NCBI GenBank assembly: GCA_021604505.1
Contig: BQJC01000004.1
Coordinates: 88,117-152,116 of the forward strand
Origin: Nitrospinaceae bacterium
GTDB taxonomy: Bacteria; Nitrospinota; Nitrospinia; Nitrospinales; VA-1
Direction: 5' to 3'
Length of the DNA stretch: 64,000 nt
Shown: positions 58,304 to 64,000 of the stretch, piece by piece
How the letters are laid out: the number at the start of each line of letters is the position of its first letter
How positions within the stretch are numbered: position 1 is the first letter of the stretch
Program-made: the position numbers and the translations under genes
The notes under the pieces: model-generated
Database searches by the model: none
Told to the model about the DNA's origin: nothing
What the model saw: only the letters and a program-made list of their open reading frames with translations

Positions 58304-58870
58304 ATGGAAACCAACGATACGGCACTAGCAACCGACACCAGCCCGGAAGAAGAAGAACAACCGGTAGATCTGACTGCAGGGAAAGAAATTATCGGCAAAA
58401 TTCCGGACACTCCCAATAATAGACGGTATCTCATCCCCACTCTGCAGAAAATCCAGGATGCCTACCGTTATCTGCCCGATCCGGTGATCCGGCTCCTGAT
58501 GGCCAAATTGCGCATTGCCCGGGCCGAAATTTTCGGAGTGATCTCGTTTTATCCCGGACTCATGATTGAAGAGCCCGGCAAATACATCATCAAACTGTGT
58601 TATGGAACGGCCTGCTTTGTTAAAGGGGCCGAGATCATCGCCAACAAAATCCAGGAAAAGTATCATATTGGTCCCGGAGAAACCGACAAGAGCAAATTAT
58701 TCACCATGCAAACCGCCTCCTGCCTCGGCAACTGCGGCGCCGCTCCCATGGCCATCATCGGGGAGGACACCCACGGAACCATCGATCCTGAAAAAACACT
58801 GCCAATGCTGGCTTGCTACAAACTGGAGGAGGACGCACCAGCGGAGACCGAGGAGATAACGTCTGAATGA
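58304..58870 (+). CDS. nuoE: NADH-quinone oxidoreductase subunit E-like [2Fe-2S] protein
   Basis: LIP.LQ.IQ...YLP, SFY, CYGTAC.VKG, CLGNC..AP. Confidence 0.88.
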   Translation: METNDTALATDTSPEEEEQPVDLTAGKEIIGKIPDTPNNRRYLIPTLQKIQDAYRYLPDPVIRLLMAKLRIARAEIFGVISFYPGLMIEEPGKYIIKLCYGTACFVKGAEIIANKIQEKYHIGPGETDKSKLFTMQTASCLGNCGAAPMAIIGEDTHGTIDPEKTLPMLACYKLEEDAPAETEEITSE

Positions 58871-61497
58871 GCACCGTCGTCAAGAAAACCATAAATCTGA
58901 AAATTGATGGCAAGGAGGTCACCGCACCGGAAGGCACCGTGATTCTGGAAGCCGCAAAGCAACACGGTTTCGAGGTGACCAACCTCTGCTACAACAGAAA
59001 ACTGAAGCCCTTTGCGGCCTGCCGCACCTGTATGGTAGAAACGGTCACCGACGGCGAGAAGGAATTGGTGTATTCCTGCACCCATCCCGTGGCCGAAGGC
59101 ATGGAGGTGAAAACCAACACCGAGGAAACCGACCGCTACAACAAAGCCTGCCTGGAAATGCTTTTAGTGGAGCATCCCCTGGACTGTCCGATTTGCGACA
59201 AGTCCGGAGTCTGCCCTCTGCAAGACAACACCGATGCTCTCAAGCTCTACAACGGCCGCTTTGAGATCAACCGCAGGAACGAACCCAGTATCAAGAGCAA
59301 CCCCATCATCGAATTTTATTTGAACCGTTGCATCATGTGCGGATTGTGCGTACGCGCGTGTGATGAAACGCAAGGGGTGCAGGCCCTGGATTTCCACAAA
59401 CGCGGCATGAGCGTCGGCATCGGCACCGCCAACGACGAACCGCTCGATTGCGAGTTCTGCGGGCAGTGCATCACCGTCTGCCCGACAGGCGCCCTCATGG
59501 ACATGACTTCCGAAGCGCGAGGTCTGGCCGCCATGTTCACCAACACCCACACCACTTGCAACTACTGTTCGTGGGGATGCACGTTTCGACTGCAAACCAA
59601 AAAAGGTGAGGTTCTGCGCATTGAGGGAGACGAAGGTTACAACGTCGGCATCAACGAAGGCAATCTCTGTGCTAAAGGCCGGTTCGGGCATGGCATCATC
59701 CACAACGAAGACAGAATCAAATCCCCATTGATGAATTACGGCGGCGAATTTAAAGAGATCAGCTGGGACGAAGCCATTCAAACCATCGCCGAACGAATGC
59801 AAACCACCGTCAACCGAAGCGGCCCTGGGAGTATTGCGGGGATTGGGTCTGAAAAAATGACCAACGAGGAAGCCTACCTGTTCCAGAAGCTCTTTCGCAA
59901 TCAATTCGGCTCCAATCAGATCACCAATCTGGCTAATCTCAGAGCGCCTTACGTCAACCAGTTCATGCTGGACTGCTTCAAAGGCGGCATCGAATCCAAA
60001 CCCGTCACCGAACTTGAGCATGCTGATGTGGTCCTGATTTTCAATTCGGATCTTCCATCCGAATACCCGGTGGGCGGCAACTCCATCCGTAAAGGTGTCG
60101 TGTTTACCGGAACAGATATCATCATCGCCAACCCCAGAGACGTGGTATTCAACAACGAAGCCCAATGCGATATCCGTATGACCTTCAGCCACGGCGCGGA
60201 TCTGGCCGTTATCAGCCGGTTGACCCGGATCATCCTCGACGAGAAACTCATCGACCTGGATAAAGCCAAAGCCGCTGTTCCCAATTTTGACGACCTGGTC
60301 AAATCCTTGAAGCCCTATAGCGCCAAGGATGCAGAAAAAATGACCGGCTTAAAGGATGACATTCTCACTCAGGCGGCCAAACGATTTGCCAGAGAAGCGG
60401 ACCGATTCGTCATTCTCGGCAATGATATTCTAGACACCGGCCAGGGGGAAGATATCCTGAAAGCCCTGCTCAACCTGTCTCTTCTGGTCCATTATGGAGG
60501 GGAAGGCAGCATCAGCATCTATCCGCCCAGGGAGCACTGCAATTCCCAGGGTGTGAACGACATGGGCGTGACACCGGCGTTTCTCCCCGGATATCAACCG
60601 GCTCAGGACCCAGCGGCGTTAGAAGCGTTGTCAAAAACCTGGGAAAGAGAACCATTGAAACCCACAGAAGAGAACCTGGCGGAAGATCTTTTCACCAATT
60701 GCGCCAATGGCAAAACCAAACTGTTGTACATCGCTGGTGAAGACCCGATACAGTCCTACTACAAAGCGGCGCTTGTGAAAGACGCACTGCAAACCGTTCC
60801 GTTCCTTGTTGTCCAGGACGTGTTCATGACCGAAACCGCCAAAATGGCCGACATCGTTCTTCCCACCTCGACGTTTGCGGAAAAAGACGGGACCTTCACC
60901 AATATGACGCGCCATGTCCAACAGGTGAAAGCGGCGACCCTGCCGCAGGGAATGTCGAAACCGGATTTCGATATCTTCTGTGAAATCGCGGACGCTTTGG
61001 ACAAACCGTTCACTCAAAATTCCGTTGAAGAGGTGCAGGAAGAAATCGAACGCACCGTCTCCTTTTATAGTGGAACGATGCCGGGAGATGAGTCCAGGCA
61101 ATGGCCCGCTTCAGGGTTCGCGGACAAACCGGAATTTAAAATTCCTCAGGCTTATCAGGGTGCGGCTTCCAAAGATGGATTCCCATTTCGCCTGCAAACC
61201 AACAATCACATGTTCCATATTGGCAGTTACACCCAGCACGCAAAAGCGCTGGTCGAGGTAGGACCTGAGTGTTACGCCGAAATACACCCCGAAGATGCCG
61301 AATCCCTGAACCTTCAAGAGGGAGACCGCATCGTCGTTGAATCGCAAAATGCTAAAGTGGAAGTGCCCGTGAAAGCAAGCTACGTGACCGCAAAAGGCAT
61401 GGTTTACATCCCGCAAAACTGGGTGGATGTGCCCGTACACCAGTTAAGGAACGGGGAAGAAGGTCTGATCTCCATCAAAGTTTCCAAAGCAGATTGA
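58867..61497 (+). CDS. nuoG: NADH-quinone oxidoreductase subunit G
   Basis: CY......ACRTC, HPLDCPICDKSGVC.LQD, CIMCGLCVRAC, CEFCGQC..VCP, CNYCSWGC; molybdopterin-oxidoreductase-like C-terminus. Confidence 0.9.
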   Translation: MSTVVKKTINLKIDGKEVTAPEGTVILEAAKQHGFEVTNLCYNRKLKPFAACRTCMVETVTDGEKELVYSCTHPVAEGMEVKTNTEETDRYNKACLEMLLVEHPLDCPICDKSGVCPLQDNTDALKLYNGRFEINRRNEPSIKSNPIIEFYLNRCIMCGLCVRACDETQGVQALDFHKRGMSVGIGTANDEPLDCEFCGQCITVCPTGALMDMTSEARGLAAMFTNTHTTCNYCSWGCTFRLQTKKGEVLRIEGDEGYNVGINEGNLCAKGRFGHGIIHNEDRIKSPLMNYGGEFKEISWDEAIQTIAERMQTTVNRSGPGSIAGIGSEKMTNEEAYLFQKLFRNQFGSNQITNLANLRAPYVNQFMLDCFKGGIESKPVTELEHADVVLIFNSDLPSEYPVGGNSIRKGVVFTGTDIIIANPRDVVFNNEAQCDIRMTFSHGADLAVISRLTRIILDEKLIDLDKAKAAVPNFDDLVKSLKPYSAKDAEKMTGLKDDILTQAAKRFAREADRFVILGNDILDTGQGEDILKALLNLSLLVHYGGEGSISIYPPREHCNSQGVNDMGVTPAFLPGYQPAQDPAALEALSKTWEREPLKPTEENLAEDLFTNCANGKTKLLYIAGEDPIQSYYKAALVKDALQTVPFLVVQDVFMTETAKMADIVLPTSTFAEKDGTFTNMTRHVQQVKAATLPQGMSKPDFDIFCEIADALDKPFTQNSVEEVQEEIERTVSFYSGTMPGDESRQWPASGFADKPEFKIPQAYQGAASKDGFPFRLQTNNHMFHIGSYTQHAKALVEVGPECYAEIHPEDAESLNLQEGDRIVVESQNAKVEVPVKASYVTAKGMVYIPQNWVDVPVHQLRNGEEGLISIKVSKAD

Positions 61498-61544
61498 GTT
61501 TCCCGGAACATTTTTTTATCGAGTAATTAAAAAAAAGACCGCTC

Positions 61545-62735
61545 ATGGCCGATTTAAAAGAACAACTGCATACCGATCACATGGTCCTCAACATGGGGCC
61601 GTCTCACCCCGCCACCCACGGAACCGTCAAGTTTCTGCTGACCCTGGACGGGGAAACGGTGGTAAACATGGATGTTGAGATCGGTTACCTGCATCGCGGG
61701 TTTGAAAAAATGTGCGAGAGCGTGACCTATTCCAACGTTTTCCCCTACACCGATCGGCTGAATTATTGCTCGGCCATCATGAACAACGTAGGCTTTGCGA
61801 TCGCGGTGGAAAAACTTTGCGGCATCGAAGCCACGGACCGTTGCAATTACATTCGTATGGTGACGAACGAACTGGCCCGCATCTCGGACCACTACACCAA
61901 TATCGCCGCCGCCGCTCTGGAGTTGGGCGCATTGACGGCGTTTATTTATTTTGTGGAAGCGCGGGAAATCGTTTGGGATCTTCTGGAAAAAGTATGCGGC
62001 GCCCGGTTAACGTCCAATTACATCCGCATCGGCGGGCTGATGTGCGACCTGCCTCCCGGATTCGACGAAGATTTGCAGACGTCCTACAAAAAACTGGATT
62101 CCCTGTTCGACGACGTGGATAAATTGCTCACCAAAAACCGGATCTTCCTCGACCGCATGCGGGACACAGGCGCCATTTCGGCGGAAGATGCGATCAACTG
62201 GGGGTTCACCGGTCCCTGCCTGCGGGCCTGCGGGGTGGATTACGATGTCCGCAAACAGCACCCCTACATGGGTTATGACCGTATCGATTTTGACATTCCC
62301 CTGGGAACCACCGGCGACAATTTCGACCGCTATCTTGTCCGCATGGAAGAAATCAAGCAAAGCTTTCGGATCATCAAACAAGCCATGAAGGACATGCCCG
62401 ACGGCCCCATCAACGTGGCCAACCCTTATATGCGGACACCGGCGAAACCCGATGTTTATTCCCGCATGGAAGAAATGATCGCCCACTTTAAGATGATCAT
62501 CGACGGGTTGAAACCGCCTGTCGGCGAAGTGTACTTTCCTTCGGAAGCAGCCAATGGAGAACTGGGGTTTTATCTGGTGAGCGATGGAACGGGAAAACCC
62601 TACAAATGCAGAGTCCGCCCCCCCAGCTTCACAATGACCGGGGCCATGGAAACGCTTTGCAAAGGCGGTATGCTCGCTGACATCATTCCCACATTTGACA
62701 TGATCAATATGATCGGCGGGGAATGCGATCGTTGA
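61545..62735 (+). CDS. nuoD: NADH-quinone oxidoreductase subunit D
   Basis: NMGPSHPATHG, IGYLHRGFEK, DRLNY, GELGFY, GECDR. Confidence 0.95.
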   Translation: MADLKEQLHTDHMVLNMGPSHPATHGTVKFLLTLDGETVVNMDVEIGYLHRGFEKMCESVTYSNVFPYTDRLNYCSAIMNNVGFAIAVEKLCGIEATDRCNYIRMVTNELARISDHYTNIAAAALELGALTAFIYFVEAREIVWDLLEKVCGARLTSNYIRIGGLMCDLPPGFDEDLQTSYKKLDSLFDDVDKLLTKNRIFLDRMRDTGAISAEDAINWGFTGPCLRACGVDYDVRKQHPYMGYDRIDFDIPLGTTGDNFDRYLVRMEEIKQSFRIIKQAMKDMPDGPINVANPYMRTPAKPDVYSRMEEMIAHFKMIIDGLKPPVGEVYFPSEAANGELGFYLVSDGTGKPYKCRVRPPSFTMTGAMETLCKGGMLADIIPTFDMINMIGGECDR

Positions 62736-62851
62736 CCTTATCCCGCCTTTCTCGAAAATGCCCTCCATACTTCACAAAAAATAATCGTCGGTTAGAATCG
62801 TATTTTCGGACGTAATCTTTTTTAAACCATTTAACCCGCCCGCCTTCGCCA

Positions 62852-63853
62852 ATGGCAAAGTTTTTAAAGGTTGCCTTTCTTTTAGCCGGTCTCGCACTAT
62901 TCGCATGGTCGCTAAAGTTTGTCGATATGACCCGCGTGCTCTCCCTGCTTTGGGACATAGGATTTGGTTTTGTCCTCATCATGCTGGTCTACGCCCTGGT
63001 CACCTACATCGATACCCTGGCCTGGCGATACACTTTCAAACCTGAACAGGCCCGCAGATTCAGTTCACTGCAACTATGGAGAATACGCCAGATCGGCGAA
63101 GCCTACAATGTCATCACACCTTTCGGAACGGTGGGAGGCGAACCCGTCAAAGCCCAGCTCCTAAAGGATTATCACCATTTGACTTTCAAGCAGGGCTTGG
63201 CCTCGTTAGTCATCACCCGGACAACCCTGCTCACCGGGCTCATTATATTTTTCATCCCCGGGGTTTACATGATTCAAACCTCACAAGTCGTGTCCGGGGA
63301 ATTTAAAAGCGTCAGCCTCGCCGGAATGATCGTGTTCTCCACATTGATCTTCCTGTTCTTTTTATTTCAAATCACCGGGACATTGGGAGTATTGGCGTCC
63401 TGGGCGGACCGGCTGTTTACCAGGAAAAAAGAGGACGGTTTTCTCAGTCATTTACAGGTGTTAAATACCCTGATGTCAAAATATTACAAAGAGCATCAGG
63501 GAAGAGTTTATCTATCCATCCTGTACGCATTGATTGGCTGGGTGGTGGGGTTGGCTGAGCTTTATCTCGCCTTGTATCTTCTTGGCTACAATCCCAGTTT
63601 TCAGGAATTATGGATCATTGAAGCATTGGTCCAACTCATTCGGGTGGGGTCATTTTTTATCCCCATGAGCCTGGGAGCCCAGGAAGGAGGAATGATTCTT
63701 ATCTTTGTCGCCATGGGAATGACGGCGGATTTGGGCCTGACCGTGTCTTTCGTTCGCCGGGTCAAGGAACTGATATGGGTTTCAGCGGGCTTGCTCCTGG
63801 GTTGGAGCCTGGCCTTCAAACCCGCCAAAGTCCAACCCGACACACAAAGCTGA
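62852..63853 (+). CDS. Lysylphosphatidylglycerol synthase TM / UPF0104 flippase-like membrane protein
   Basis: W, GE..N..TP...GGEP.K, P..LG.QEGG, RR..EL.W; multiple TMs. Confidence 0.82.
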   Translation: MAKFLKVAFLLAGLALFAWSLKFVDMTRVLSLLWDIGFGFVLIMLVYALVTYIDTLAWRYTFKPEQARRFSSLQLWRIRQIGEAYNVITPFGTVGGEPVKAQLLKDYHHLTFKQGLASLVITRTTLLTGLIIFFIPGVYMIQTSQVVSGEFKSVSLAGMIVFSTLIFLFFLFQITGTLGVLASWADRLFTRKKEDGFLSHLQVLNTLMSKYYKEHQGRVYLSILYALIGWVVGLAELYLALYLLGYNPSFQELWIIEALVQLIRVGSFFIPMSLGAQEGGMILIFVAMGMTADLGLTVSFVRRVKELIWVSAGLLLGWSLAFKPAKVQPDTQS

Positions 63854-63882
63854 ATTCGCTGTCCAACAACGATCAAGCGGAA

Positions 63883-63999
63883 TTAAAAAACATCCCTGGA
63901 AACTCCCCGGTCTCTGCCTCTTCCTCCGGGAGTTCGTTTCATGGAGTCGGTAAAAACATCCCCCTGCTGAACCAATCCGTCATGCGCGGTTTTGATGGT
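63883..63999 (-). CDS. Possible 3' end of a gene entering from the right window edge
   Basis: Open frame TIKTAHDGLVQQGDVFTDSMKRTPGGRGRDRGVSRDVF* converging on the previous gene. Confidence 0.35.
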   Translation of the reverse strand, partial: TIKTAHDGLVQQGDVFTDSMKRTPGGRGRDRGVSRDVF

Positions 64000-64000
64000 C

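Noticed and set aside
59164..60192. 342-aa antisense ORF over nuoG, and similar shadow ORFs (62007-62768, 20703-21425, 57131-57781)
   Set aside because: They lie entirely opposite well-supported genes and have no motifs; expected from codon bias

Overview
Bacterial chromosomal window, mostly housekeeping. Gene content (cob genes, DapL, many small c-type cytochrome/heme motifs, split nuo genes) is suggestive of a Nitrospina-like chemolithotroph, but that taxonomy is my inference only. In order: a B12 uptake/biosynthesis cluster (TonB-dependent receptor 3' end, cbiA/cobB, cobO, tonB, cobT); dapL-folK; tmk-ubiX-iscS-thiI; a heme-c/PAS chemoreceptor; an RND pump; two tandem CxxC...RGPP (DUF2946/CruR/CutF-like) leader-peptide genes in front of a porin plus Zn/Mn ABC uptake operon; a degenerate DyP-like protein; slyD; a B12 radical SAM and cupin; and tRNA-Pro(GGG). 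After the tRNA lies a ~5.6 kb islet closed by a degenerate copy of the tRNA 3' end. It encodes a kinase, an ATP-grasp ligase fused to an apparently inactive M20 peptidase, a GGT and an N-formylglutamate amidohydrolase. Next come a free-standing copy of a subtilase prodomain facing a 2943-aa secreted protease/phosphatase/adhesin, a diiron-oxidase/formyltransferase pair, a two-component/HDOD cluster, amt, a TPR protein, and nuoE-nuoG-nuoD without nuoF. The best candidates for undescribed systems are the tRNA-Pro islet operon, the stand-alone propeptide plus giant protease pair, and the tandem arrest-peptide metal sensor.
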